This document shows positions 1-9,489 of a stretch of DNA of 64,000 bases, one piece after another. Made by a program: the position numbers and the translations under genes. The stretch's first letter is position 1. Each line of letters opens with the position of its first letter. The stretch lies in IMG/VR virus record IMGVR_UViG_3300025767_000006; one strand, 5' to 3'. The notes under the pieces were generated by a model that saw nothing but the letters and a program-made list of their open reading frames with translations, ran no database searches and had not been told where the DNA came from. The DNA is from an uncultured virus (IMG/VR IMGVR_UViG_3300025767_000006). Lineage: Duplodnaviria > Heunggongvirae > Uroviricota > Caudoviricetes.

Positions 1-47
1 ACGCTGCAGGTTCTGTAGTAAAAACAATGTATAGTCCAGGGAATTAA
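1..47 (+). CDS. 3' end of upstream virion/fibre gene (partial)
   Basis: Frame from nt 3 reads AAGSVVKTMYSPGN*, resembling the C-terminus of 18078..20726 (NSAGTTVKTIIGAGA*). Confidence 0.6.
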   Translation, partial: AAGSVVKTMYSPGN

Positions 48-50
48 AAA

Positions 51-989
51 ATGGCAGGTCCACTTAAATTAACAGGCGATAATAACTTACAAGAAATGAC
101 TTCTGCTGAGCAGGATTATATTGAACACGTTATTCTTGCTAATTTTGCTTCTTCCGACGCCGGTGTCGGCACAGTATCAGTAAATCCAGGTTCAACCGCA
201 GGTTTAACGGCTATTGGAACATTTACTGACACCATTCATCCTAATGCCGTCGGGGCTCATCCAGTAGGTACAAGTTATAACTCAACAGTTTATACTTTTT
301 ATCAAGATAGACAGACTGCATCTGAATCACTTACTCGTCCTCTTGAATGGGATGGTACTGATGTTATTGAGCAAAATGATACTAAATTAAATTCTGGTGT
401 TATTGATGCCACTCAAGACAATTTTGCGGCTGAGGGTTTAGGTTCTTATGCATTGGGTCCATCTTCTCCTGCCGGCGGTACTTGGGTATCAAAGGGAACT
501 ATTAATAATACAGTAAATGGTGGCTCTACAAATAGTACATATCTTTGGAGAAAAACCGCTGCAGCTTCAGTACCAACAACTGTCCGTCCTATGAGATGGG
601 ATGGTGTTAATTCTATTCAAGAAATGACTGATGCTCAAATTCAAACATTAACTGCACGTTTTAGAAATCAAATGAAAGCTGGTATTGGACAAGTCCAAAT
701 TTCAACTTCCTCACCATCCGGTGGTACTTGGGTTACTCGTGGATCAGCTTTTTCTGATACACGTAGACAACTTGCAAACCAAAACTATTCCAATACGTTC
801 TCTAGAAATTTTGGTCGTAACTTTACTGGATATTTCATTAGATATTATTCTGGCCGAAATTATGGCTCGTATGCACGTAACTTTACCGGCTACTATACTG
901 GATACTACACAGGTTACTTTACTGGTCTAACTGTACAGTCTGGAACTGAAACTAATGAAACTAAGTCATTGTGGGTTAAAACTGCGTAA
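51..989 (+). CDS. Virion structural/fibre-tip protein with C-terminal aromatic 4-residue repeats
   Basis: Gly/Ser/Thr-rich; internal repeated module (LQEMT..IQEMT, SSP.GGTWV); C-terminal (Y/F)xxx repeats. Confidence 0.6.
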   Translation: MAGPLKLTGDNNLQEMTSAEQDYIEHVILANFASSDAGVGTVSVNPGSTAGLTAIGTFTDTIHPNAVGAHPVGTSYNSTVYTFYQDRQTASESLTRPLEWDGTDVIEQNDTKLNSGVIDATQDNFAAEGLGSYALGPSSPAGGTWVSKGTINNTVNGGSTNSTYLWRKTAAASVPTTVRPMRWDGVNSIQEMTDAQIQTLTARFRNQMKAGIGQVQISTSSPSGGTWVTRGSAFSDTRRQLANQNYSNTFSRNFGRNFTGYFIRYYSGRNYGSYARNFTGYYTGYYTGYFTGLTVQSGTETNETKSLWVKTA

Positions 990-1041
990 TATATAATATT
1001 ATCTAAATCATTACTAAAGAATATAAAGGTTGAATTGAAAA

Positions 1042-1533
1042 ATGAAAGTTTCTGAACTAGAAATTCTACGTGCACCAGAAGAAGTTGCAGTAGTACGAAA
1101 AAGAAAAATCTTAGATCCTTATTTTTGTAATAATGCTGAAACTCAAGTTGGGTGTCAATTTGAGTTTGAGGATGGTAGTATCTTTAATGCTACTGTTTCT
1201 GATACAGCCGAAGGTAATCCCGACTGGGCTGAAATCTTTGAACTATTTACAAAAGAAGAAATCCAAAATAATACGAAAATGATGCTTGAAAAAAATCAAG
1301 CTGAGCGCGATGAAGCGCATCGTATGGATATGGAAAATGCTGAAAAGATGAAAGCCGATATTTTGTTCCAGGCTAAACTTGAAGCATTCGAAGTTGAAGA
1401 AATTAAGAATTCCGATAATCGTGAACTTAAGTCAAAGATTAGAAAATCAAAGAATTTGACTGAATTGCAAGCATATGCTGTATTATTAATTATGAAGGAA
1501 TTTGATAAAAGTGAACAGCCCATATCCGAATAA
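1042..1533 (+). CDS. Hypothetical protein, possible fibre assembly chaperone
   Basis: 163 aa charged/helical ORF directly after a fibre-like gene; function inferred from position only. Confidence 0.45.
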   Translation: MKVSELEILRAPEEVAVVRKRKILDPYFCNNAETQVGCQFEFEDGSIFNATVSDTAEGNPDWAEIFELFTKEEIQNNTKMMLEKNQAERDEAHRMDMENAEKMKADILFQAKLEAFEVEEIKNSDNRELKSKIRKSKNLTELQAYAVLLIMKEFDKSEQPISE

Positions 1534-2242
1534 CGGATTCTTATACGTTGCTAGTTTAAATCATGCATATATTATTAGTGCTAGATACTCAGCAATTAGT
1601 TTAAAAGATAATTATCCAGAAGCTCACTGTACTCTTTTTACTCACGAAGAATGGGTAGAAGAAAGTGACTATAAAATTTTTGACTCAATTATTACTCATG
1701 ATGCAGAGCAAGTTGTACCACACAACAAGCGTGCTAAGATGTGGGCATGCGCTCGATCGCCATATAGATTAACTTGTTATGTTGATGCTGATTGCGAAAT
1801 CGTGCATGAAGACGTGAAGGATATTTTTAATTGTCATGATTCAGAAAACAATATTACCATTACTAAAGCAAGACCATATTCAGCATCTATTGATCCAAAA
1901 TGGCCAGGTGGCGAACTCACAGATCATTGCGGATTGTATATTTTTGACGACGAGCCTTGTACTAGAACTTTTATGCAAAAGTGGTTTGATTACTACTTAA
2001 TGCAGCAAGAGCATAAGCTCGATGTTCCTCATGAAGATTTTAGACCTTTTGACATGTATACATATTGGTATCTGATGAACGAAACTGAATATGCTATTAA
2101 ACGTGGATATTTTCCACATCCTGATGCAAGATGGCAGTTTATCTTTAATTATGATCAATCTGAGTTGGATGGGCAAGAAATAGTAATTACCCACCGGCCT
2201 ATTCCTAGGGACATGCAATTATATGGAACAGGTATTAATTAA
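1502..2242 (+). CDS. GT-A fold glycosyltransferase-like protein
   Basis: N-terminal GFLYVA strand, SAISLK helix, DxD motif (YVDAD); true start may be GTG 1511. Confidence 0.65.
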   Translation: MIKVNSPYPNNGFLYVASLNHAYIISARYSAISLKDNYPEAHCTLFTHEEWVEESDYKIFDSIITHDAEQVVPHNKRAKMWACARSPYRLTCYVDADCEIVHEDVKDIFNCHDSENNITITKARPYSASIDPKWPGGELTDHCGLYIFDDEPCTRTFMQKWFDYYLMQQEHKLDVPHEDFRPFDMYTYWYLMNETEYAIKRGYFPHPDARWQFIFNYDQSELDGQEIVITHRPIPRDMQLYGTGIN

Positions 2243-2834
2243 AAATCCCGATCTTATTGAAGTTTTAGATCGGTATAAAAATCTAGTTATTCCAGAAAAA
2301 GATAATATTAAACTGGGCGGTGAGCCTGATAAAGATGACTATTATACATCTAAAGAATTCTTAGATGTTATGATCGATATGGGTGATGACCATATTGGAT
2401 TTCCATTACATACTTATGGTAATGATTTAATAGATAGAAATATATCACCAATTTATAATGAATGTTGGGATATTAGACAAGAGCTTGGAGAAGTGCTTGT
2501 TTCTCCAATGTGTGCAGTGATGATGTATTACCCTAGTGGTGGATTTATGAGCTGGCATAATAATTGGAACTGTGCAGGGTATAATATTTTATTATCTTGG
2601 TCTGAAACTGGTAACGGTTTCTTTAGTTATAAAGATCCAAAAACTGGTAATATTGTAAAGATTTTAGATTCACCTGGTTGGACCGCTAAGGTTGGATACT
2701 TTGGTAGTAGAGATGAACCGGAATCAATTTTTTGGCATTGCGCAAGATCATATGAACCAAGACTTACTTTAGGATATGTTGTTCCTGATGAAAATATGTG
2801 GAATATGATGATTGATGATATTGCGTCAGAGTAA
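2223..2834 (+). CDS. 2OG-Fe(II) oxygenase/cupin-like protein
   Basis: YYPSGGFMSWHNN ... WHCA ... R.TLG pattern of a double-stranded beta-helix dioxygenase. Confidence 0.55.
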   Translation: MEQVLIKNPDLIEVLDRYKNLVIPEKDNIKLGGEPDKDDYYTSKEFLDVMIDMGDDHIGFPLHTYGNDLIDRNISPIYNECWDIRQELGEVLVSPMCAVMMYYPSGGFMSWHNNWNCAGYNILLSWSETGNGFFSYKDPKTGNIVKILDSPGWTAKVGYFGSRDEPESIFWHCARSYEPRLTLGYVVPDENMWNMMIDDIASE

Positions 2835-3449
2835 ATCTTTTTTTGGTCCATTAAATAAACAAACTAATCCATTATCAATCCAATAAGGATCTGGTGATGG
2901 ATTATACCAATCTTTTTTATTTCTGCCAAACCCCCTAGAATAAATTAAATCTTCATCCCACACATCATATGAGAATCCTTCATGATAAATGAAGTGATCT
3001 ATACCAAAATATTTTCTCATGTATGTGTCTGGTGTAATAACAAATCTATCATAGATTTCTTTATTTTCATCGCCATGCCATAACATTACCGATGAATTAA
3101 TATTATGGTCCCAGCTTTCTAATTCATCTAATGGCTTCCAATAACATTTAACTAAAGTAAATAATTGCTTATCAAGTAAAGCTGTTAAATCATTTTGGAT
3201 AATTAAATCTAAATCAAAATATAATGTTTTACCTAAATCTAAATTAAATAAAGATAACTTATTCCAAACACCTTCGTATAGTGTTTCGATTGGAATAATA
3301 TTAATTTGTGGATCTATTCCGGCTGGATCGTCTGTGTAACAATAGAATGTAAAGTCTATTGGTAAATATTTTCTTACCATATTATATAAATTATTAACAT
3401 CGAATGAATTATATTTTAATCCAGACTTTACACAGATTACGCTGATCAC
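2826..3449 (-). CDS. GT-A fold glycosyltransferase
   Basis: VICVK.G.KY, CYTDD, WNKLSLF, YFDLD (DxD), NSSVMLW motifs. Confidence 0.75.
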   Translation of the reverse strand: MISVICVKSGLKYNSFDVNNLYNMVRKYLPIDFTFYCYTDDPAGIDPQINIIPIETLYEGVWNKLSLFNLDLGKTLYFDLDLIIQNDLTALLDKQLFTLVKCYWKPLDELESWDHNINSSVMLWHGDENKEIYDRFVITPDTYMRKYFGIDHFIYHEGFSYDVWDEDLIYSRGFGRNKKDWYNPSPDPYWIDNGLVCLFNGPKKDLL

Positions 3450-4123
3450 GTTCTAAACTCTTTTTTATTTCTACTTGCTTTCCATTCTTTTGGTGGTTTT
3501 ACACCATTATAGTCTCTATCAGTTGCAATAATAATCATTTCTAAATCATTATCTTTTGCTATTAATTTTGCTTCTTCAAGCTCATGAACGTTATGTTCAA
3601 AGACAATATATTGCCATTCAACTGCTAAACCCATCTTTTTGCCTAAAAGCATAGCTTCCCAGATTAATTCTGAATTTTGACCTTTGCGATAAATTTCACT
3701 GGTTTTACCAATACCATCTAATCCAAATTTCCAAACAACATTTTTAGGACATGTCTTAAAAACTTCTTTATACCATTCAATATTTTTTTGATGACCAGCA
3801 GTTGATATAAACAAAGTCTTAGATGGATAATTCTTCATCATAAGAATAGCATCTTTGATTTGTGGCCAATAAATTGGATCTGATATTTGACCACACAAAT
3901 TTACGCCTTCTGTTGCAAATTTAACAATCTTTTCAAAGTTTTCAATTGAAAGATCTCCACCTTCACTAATTCGTGTTTTTATTTCTTGGTATCTTGGATG
4001 TGTTTTACCAAATCCCAACCATGCCCTTTGGCATTGTGGACATCGTAAAGCGCATCGTACAGATGTTTCAATATTAGATCCAGCACTTCTTTGATATTGT
4101 ACAAATTCTAGATGATCTCTCAT
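3446..4123 (-). CDS. Radical SAM enzyme core (no fused SPASM domain), copy 1
   Basis: CALRCPQC (CxxxCxxC), LCGQISDPIY, FGLDG, IVFEHN. Confidence 0.85.
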   Translation of the reverse strand: MRDHLEFVQYQRSAGSNIETSVRCALRCPQCQRAWLGFGKTHPRYQEIKTRISEGGDLSIENFEKIVKFATEGVNLCGQISDPIYWPQIKDAILMMKNYPSKTLFISTAGHQKNIEWYKEVFKTCPKNVVWKFGLDGIGKTSEIYRKGQNSELIWEAMLLGKKMGLAVEWQYIVFEHNVHELEEAKLIAKDNDLEMIIIATDRDYNGVKPPKEWKASRNKKEFRT

Positions 4124-4443
4124 TTATAGCCGCATTTCTGTTTACAAACTTTTGGAGCATTTTCTACATCGTGTGATATATCATGTAGCCATTTGGCCCA
4201 AGCTTCAGAAGCAAGAATGTCTTCTATAGTATCATTCTCTCCAATGTGTAAGTCTGGGTCAAAGAATCCATACGCGGCAAAGCACGGTCTCCATGCAACT
4301 GAATCACACCAACAACATGGTAATAGATAACCATTAGCATTATGCGCGTATCCCTTTTTTCCGCTTTGTTTTTTATCCTTTTTGTGTTTAACACCATCTT
4401 TATAATAAAATGGTGCACATTCAGGAATAATGTATGAAGTCAT
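4120..4443 (-). CDS. Stand-alone SPASM/twitch-like Fe-S domain, copy 1
   Basis: NGYLLPCCW, IEDIL, C-terminal CKQKC. Confidence 0.7.
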   Translation of the reverse strand: MTSYIIPECAPFYYKDGVKHKKDKKQSGKKGYAHNANGYLLPCCWCDSVAWRPCFAAYGFFDPDLHIGENDTIEDILASEAWAKWLHDISHDVENAPKVCKQKCGYK

Positions 4444-5057
4444 TTAGTTTTTCCAATAATTAAAAATCGATCACCGCGTTCATCAGAAATAGTATCTTCA
4501 AATAAAATATCACACAAAGGCAATTGCATAGCAAAATCATGTATAGTTTCAACACAATTTATATGACCTTCAATATCATACATATTATTTGAAGTAACGG
4601 CGAACTTAATTCCTGGTTTCCAATACTGCCAATCTTTCATTGGTGGCATGTGTTCACATGATGTATTTATTACCACATCAAATCCTTCTTTAATTATATC
4701 ACTAAAGACATCACCAGTCTTCCAACGCACTTTGTCTTTTAAATGTGAAAATAATCTATTTTTAGAAAATCTATTTGAAATGTCATCTAGATCATATGCA
4801 TCAATAAATTTAACTTTATCAGCTAAACTTGCAATTAATATAGATCCATACCATGAACCTAAAATAGCAACATGGCTTGTTTTATCAATTAGATTATATT
4901 CTATTAGAGATTTAATTATTTTACTTTTACTATTAAATTGATTTTTACCAAAGGAATCTAGAATATCAGATCTGCAATCATAACTATCAGTGTATAACTC
5001 ATGAATAATTAATTTAAAAAAATCTAAATCAACTGTGTTTTTTTCAAAATCAATCAT
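4440..5057 (-). CDS. Class I SAM-dependent methyltransferase-like protein
   Basis: VAILGSWYG motif I, YDLD, GDV, VVINTSCEHM; ATG 5057 preferred over 5087. Confidence 0.7.
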   Translation of the reverse strand: MIDFEKNTVDLDFFKLIIHELYTDSYDCRSDILDSFGKNQFNSKSKIIKSLIEYNLIDKTSHVAILGSWYGSILIASLADKVKFIDAYDLDDISNRFSKNRLFSHLKDKVRWKTGDVFSDIIKEGFDVVINTSCEHMPPMKDWQYWKPGIKFAVTSNNMYDIEGHINCVETIHDFAMQLPLCDILFEDTISDERGDRFLIIGKTK

Positions 5058-5754
5058 TATGTATTTTCCTAAGTAATTGGTACTCAAAAGCTTCTTTAGC
5101 AGCAGGAACTTCTGGAGTATCGCGGGTTGTCCATGTTTCTCTAAATGTTATATTTAAATCTTTAGCAAGTTGTTTTGCTTTTGGTAATTGGTGTTTATTG
5201 TGTTCAAATACAATAAAGTGCCAAACAGACTTAATATCAAACTTTGTAGAATATTCTAATACTTTATAGACATCATCAAAGTTAGATCCTATACGATATT
5301 TATTTAGTGTTTCATTGTCTGTACCATCTAAAGCAAAATGCCAACGATCTTCTCGCCTGTCTTGTAACTTTTCGCATAATGGAAAAATATTTTCCCAAAA
5401 TTCCCATTTTTTACCAGATCCATTTGTATTTACTTCTATTGGAACATGTGGATATTCAATATTTCTTATTTTAAATAATTCAATTAAATTTGGATGATAT
5501 ATTGGATCTGATATTTGTCCACAAAGCTTATGCCATCTAGCATTTGTTTTTGAATGGAAGCTTAAAAGTTTTCTCCAATTATCGACTGATATATCTTCAA
5601 AAACTTTCATCTTCCAATTACCAATTGGCCGATGTCTTTGGCACGCTGGGCATTGTAATCTACACCTAAAAGTTGTTTCAATATTAATACCAGTTTCTTT
5701 TTTGGCTAAAATAAAGTCTTCGTAATCAAACGTATTCATAGACATGACATTCAC
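5050..5754 (-). CDS. Radical SAM enzyme core (no fused SPASM domain), copy 2
   Basis: CRLQCPAC, LCGQISDPIY, TNGS, FALDG, IVFEHN; paralog of 3446..4123. Confidence 0.85.
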   Translation of the reverse strand: MNVMSMNTFDYEDFILAKKETGINIETTFRCRLQCPACQRHRPIGNWKMKVFEDISVDNWRKLLSFHSKTNARWHKLCGQISDPIYHPNLIELFKIRNIEYPHVPIEVNTNGSGKKWEFWENIFPLCEKLQDRREDRWHFALDGTDNETLNKYRIGSNFDDVYKVLEYSTKFDIKSVWHFIVFEHNKHQLPKAKQLAKDLNITFRETWTTRDTPEVPAAKEAFEYQLLRKIHND

Positions 5755-6064
5755 CTGGAGTTATTGAGCATTTGTCTTTGCACGTTTTTGGGCATTGTTC
5801 TGGATTTGTTAATAGATTATTATGAAACTCTTGCCATTCAGAAGATCTTAATATATCATCAATAGAATTATTATTTTCAACTTTTAAATTTTCATTAAAT
5901 AAAGAAATTTCTCTAATTTTTTTGCCACCATCTAACCAACAACATGGAAGCATATAACCATCTCCAGTATATGCTAATTTAAATCCATAAAGTTTTCCGT
6001 ATTCTTCGTTAATAACTTTTTTACCATCAATAATCCAATATGGATGGCATCTAGGATATATCAT
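5726..6064 (-). CDS. Stand-alone SPASM/twitch-like Fe-S domain, copy 2
   Basis: DGYMLPCCW, IDDIL, CPKTCKDKC; paralog of 4120..4443. Confidence 0.7.
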   Translation of the reverse strand: MIYPRCHPYWIIDGKKVINEEYGKLYGFKLAYTGDGYMLPCCWLDGGKKIREISLFNENLKVENNNSIDDILRSSEWQEFHNNLLTNPEQCPKTCKDKCSITPGECHVYEYV

Positions 6065-7592
6065 TTTTAAATACCATTACATTATTAATTACTAATAAAT
6101 CTATGCCAACTCTATTAAATGTGTCTAAAGCGTTTTGAGGTGTTTCAACAATTGGCTCTTGGCAATTAAAACTTGTATTAATCACCATTGGGATTCCAGT
6201 AATCTTATAAAACTCAGAAATTAAATCATAATATTTTTCGTTTTGTTCTCGTGTTACTGTTTGAATGCGTGCAGTACCATCAACATGTGTTACACCTGGA
6301 ATTTTATCAGAAATTACTGGCATGATTCTAGACATATATGGAGAAGGTTGACTAGTATTAAAATATTCTTGATAATGCTCAATCAATACAGATGGCGCAA
6401 ATGGCCGCCAATCTTCTCTTAATTTAATTTTAGTATTAATAATATCTTTAATATCTGGATTACGGGGATCAGCTAATATAGATCTGTTACCTAATGCTCT
6501 ATTACCACTTTCTGATCTTCCTTGAAACCAACCAACAATCCCACCATCAGCAATTGTTTGAGCAACTACATTTAAATCTAAGTCAATTGCTTCTTTTATA
6601 TCAGGAATCCAATCACTATCAATTGACACACCAGAATATAAATTTGGGATATGTTTATTTTTATTTAAAATATAATCTGCATGAATATATGTACCCAATG
6701 CTTGGCCTTCATCACCAGGAGCTGATGGGATCCATACATTTTCCCAGTGTTTAGTAAACCATTCATTCATATATCCGTTATAAGCTACTCCACCGGCAAT
6801 ACAAATATTATTACTTGTTTTTAATGGCAATACAAACTCTTCTACTTTATCATACGTATACTGTTGAATTGTTGCAGCAACGTCTGCGTTTGACACTTTA
6901 TTTTCACACATTCTTTTTACGTCATTTCTAGTACCCATCCAGAACTTTCTGCCTCGAGTAATTGACTCGGCTAAGTAAATTTCTAATAAATTATAATACC
7001 AGTCATTAACTTTACCATAACCAGCCAAACCCATCAATTTTCCTTCATCACCAACATTTAATCCAGCGGCAACACAAGATATATTCCACAACCAACCCAG
7101 ACTTAAATCATCTGTTAAATCTACCATCTTATAGTCTTTACTATTGAAGTAACAGCAAGTAAATCCTATTCCACCACCATCAATTGCTAAGATATCTGAC
7201 TCTTCGTATTCCGAAGTAATAAAAGCGTTTACGGCGTGAGACTGGTGGTGATTGATATAATAGATCCCATCTTTTAAATAATAATCCCAAAGACTATCCC
7301 ATTTCTTATTATATTTTCTAATTTCTTCCCAGTATGGAGTTAAAACACCGTTATGAAATGGATCTCGATTTTCTGACAATAGTCCTTTGTATCCGCCACC
7401 TGTATAAGTGAATGCAAATATATTATTGCCTCTAGATTTTAATTGTGGTTCAAATTGTGTGTCATACCATTGTGCGTAATCGCCAAGATCCATATGTTTT
7501 TTACGGCGGCTGTGTCTTTCTTCAATGCGATGAGTTATACCATCATATGAATTCGGGTCATGCGCGTTGATATTGGTAGCAAATATTTTCAT
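6051..7592 (-). CDS. Carbamoyltransferase (NodU/CmcH family)
   Basis: HHQSHA, DGGG, EGKLMGLAGYG, AGGVAYN, RALGNRSILADP, RPFAPS, HVDGTARIQTV, NTSFN. Confidence 0.93.
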   Translation of the reverse strand: MKIFATNINAHDPNSYDGITHRIEERHSRRKKHMDLGDYAQWYDTQFEPQLKSRGNNIFAFTYTGGGYKGLLSENRDPFHNGVLTPYWEEIRKYNKKWDSLWDYYLKDGIYYINHHQSHAVNAFITSEYEESDILAIDGGGIGFTCCYFNSKDYKMVDLTDDLSLGWLWNISCVAAGLNVGDEGKLMGLAGYGKVNDWYYNLLEIYLAESITRGRKFWMGTRNDVKRMCENKVSNADVAATIQQYTYDKVEEFVLPLKTSNNICIAGGVAYNGYMNEWFTKHWENVWIPSAPGDEGQALGTYIHADYILNKNKHIPNLYSGVSIDSDWIPDIKEAIDLDLNVVAQTIADGGIVGWFQGRSESGNRALGNRSILADPRNPDIKDIINTKIKLREDWRPFAPSVLIEHYQEYFNTSQPSPYMSRIMPVISDKIPGVTHVDGTARIQTVTREQNEKYYDLISEFYKITGIPMVINTSFNCQEPIVETPQNALDTFNRVGIDLLVINNVMVFKNDIS

Positions 7593-8419
7593 TATAAAGT
7601 TTTACCTGATTCCATAATTTGCAAAATAAGTTCCTGGGGTTTACCAAGGAGTGAAACAGGTTCTAAACAGTTTTTGCAATAATTTTCAAATTCAAATAAT
7701 TCAAAATTAAACATCTTATCAATATTTTCTTTTGTTACATCATATGCTGTAGAACCATTAATTACTTTTTTACTACAGTGTCTGATCTTTTTCATTTCAA
7801 AATCAACAACTGGTACGCTTGGAAATGCTGCGCATATTCTTCGATCAAATTCTGGTGCTTGATCATATACACCATAAACTGGAGATCTAGAATTGTATTC
7901 TTTTAGTATTGTGTTTGAATTTTTTTCTAAATCAAGAATATCATGTTTTTTTCGATATTCATAATATGCCGGAGTTTTGATAACTACGTTATAGTTATTA
8001 TTATTATTTCGTTCAAAAAAATCATAGTTACCAAGCTTTTCAATTCTATCTTCGTGAAAGTCTAGAACTAAGTGTTCAATGTAATGAATCTCAGGATCTT
8101 CTAAAATCTCAGGATATGCTTTACGCACATATGAATTTGATAGTACCGATGGGATAAGGTTTGGATATTTTTTAATTTCAGAAATGGCTTCCATTAGATT
8201 GTTTGTCAATCCAGGCTCACCACCTAATAACATAACTCTTGCTTTATATGGTGACATCCATTCTAATAATGGTTTAACAAAGTCCATATCAATATCTAAG
8301 TTTCTCATTTCTTTAGTCCAAGCTGTACAATAGTAACACGACTTGTTACAGCTTTTGGTAAGATAAAAGTCTACACCTAGATAACCTTGTTGTTTTGCTT
8401 CAGAAATTGATAGAGTCAT
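7592..8419 (-). CDS. Radical SAM enzyme
   Basis: CNKSCYYC, LLGGEP, C-terminal Cys (C..HC..CKNC); ATG 8419 overlaps the upstream stop (TAATG). Confidence 0.85.
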   Translation of the reverse strand: MTLSISEAKQQGYLGVDFYLTKSCNKSCYYCTAWTKEMRNLDIDMDFVKPLLEWMSPYKARVMLLGGEPGLTNNLMEAISEIKKYPNLIPSVLSNSYVRKAYPEILEDPEIHYIEHLVLDFHEDRIEKLGNYDFFERNNNNNYNVVIKTPAYYEYRKKHDILDLEKNSNTILKEYNSRSPVYGVYDQAPEFDRRICAAFPSVPVVDFEMKKIRHCSKKVINGSTAYDVTKENIDKMFNFELFEFENYCKNCLEPVSLLGKPQELILQIMESGKTL

Positions 8420-9489
8420 TATGCTGATGCCCATATAGTATTAATAATTTGATCTGTTTCTTTTTCAGTTAAGAATGCGTGAATTGGAATACTTAAAACT
8501 GTATTACACGCTAAATCTGTATTAGGAGTTTTATCACTTTTAAATTCTTCGAATACATTTAATTTGGATAATGGTGTATCATATTTAATGTTTGATTCAA
8601 TTTGTTGACTTTTTAGAATCTGTTGAACATGCGCTCTAGTTTCAATATCTTCAAATCTTAAAGTATATTTGTGATAATTGTGATTTTCGCTATCGTCCAT
8701 CCATTGTGTATTTAGACCAACATCTGAAAAAGAATCATTATATTGTTCTGCTATTTTTTGTCTAATAAGAATAAAGTTTTTTTCGTTAGAAATTCTAAAT
8801 CTAATAATATTTGCAGCAAATGGATATAGTCTAGAATTCCGTCCTAGAAATTCTCCATTACCGTGTCTTCTTAATTTTGCTACATTTTGTGCAACTTCAA
8901 AATTGTCAGTTAAAACAATGCCACCACCAACTGGACTACAAACTACTTTATTAGTATTAAAACTAAAAGAACTAATATCACCTACAGTACCAGCTTTTTT
9001 ATTTTGATAACTTGATCCCCAAGCTTGAGCAGAGTCTTCAATGAGGATTAGATTTTCTTGTGTACACCATTCTTCTAATTCTGTAGTATCTTTCATACTT
9101 CCATAAAGTGGTGTATAAATTACAGCTTTAGTTTTATCAGTTTTCATTCTTTTTATACTGTCTAGAGAAATACAATAAGTATCTAAATCAATATCGCAGA
9201 ATACTGGATTTGCTCCTACCATTTTTACACAAGAGGCACTTGAAATCCAAGAAAAGTTTGAAACTAATACTTCATCGTTTTGTCCAATACCATATGCTTC
9301 TAAAGAAAAATGAAGAGCATCTGTTGCCGAATTAACGGCAATGGCATATTTTCTACCAACTTCATGCGCAATATCTTCTTCAAAGTCTTCAACGCCATCA
9401 TTTGATTGCATCATAGACTGTTCGAAAATGCGGTTATAGTCTTCTTTAAAAAATTGATAATCACGGGGCCATGGATTAAATGTAATCAT
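8419..9489 (-). CDS. DegT/DnrJ/EryC1/StrS PLP-dependent sugar aminotransferase
   Basis: VNSATDALH, GANPVFCDID, IEDSAQAWG, FSFNTNK (PLP Lys), LSIPIH. Confidence 0.92.
   Translation of the reverse strand: MITFNPWPRDYQFFKEDYNRIFEQSMMQSNDGVEDFEEDIAHEVGRKYAIAVNSATDALHFSLEAYGIGQNDEVLVSNFSWISSASCVKMVGANPVFCDIDLDTYCISLDSIKRMKTDKTKAVIYTPLYGSMKDTTELEEWCTQENLILIEDSAQAWGSSYQNKKAGTVGDISSFSFNTNKVVCSPVGGGIVLTDNFEVAQNVAKLRRHGNGEFLGRNSRLYPFAANIIRFRISNEKNFILIRQKIAEQYNDSFSDVGLNTQWMDDSENHNYHKYTLRFEDIETRAHVQQILKSQQIESNIKYDTPLSKLNVFEEFKSDKTPNTDLACNTVLSIPIHAFLTEKETDQIINTIWASA

Noticed and set aside
770..935. Diversity-generating retroelement variable region in the Tyr/Asn-rich fibre tip
   Set aside because: No reverse transcriptase and no second template copy seen in the window
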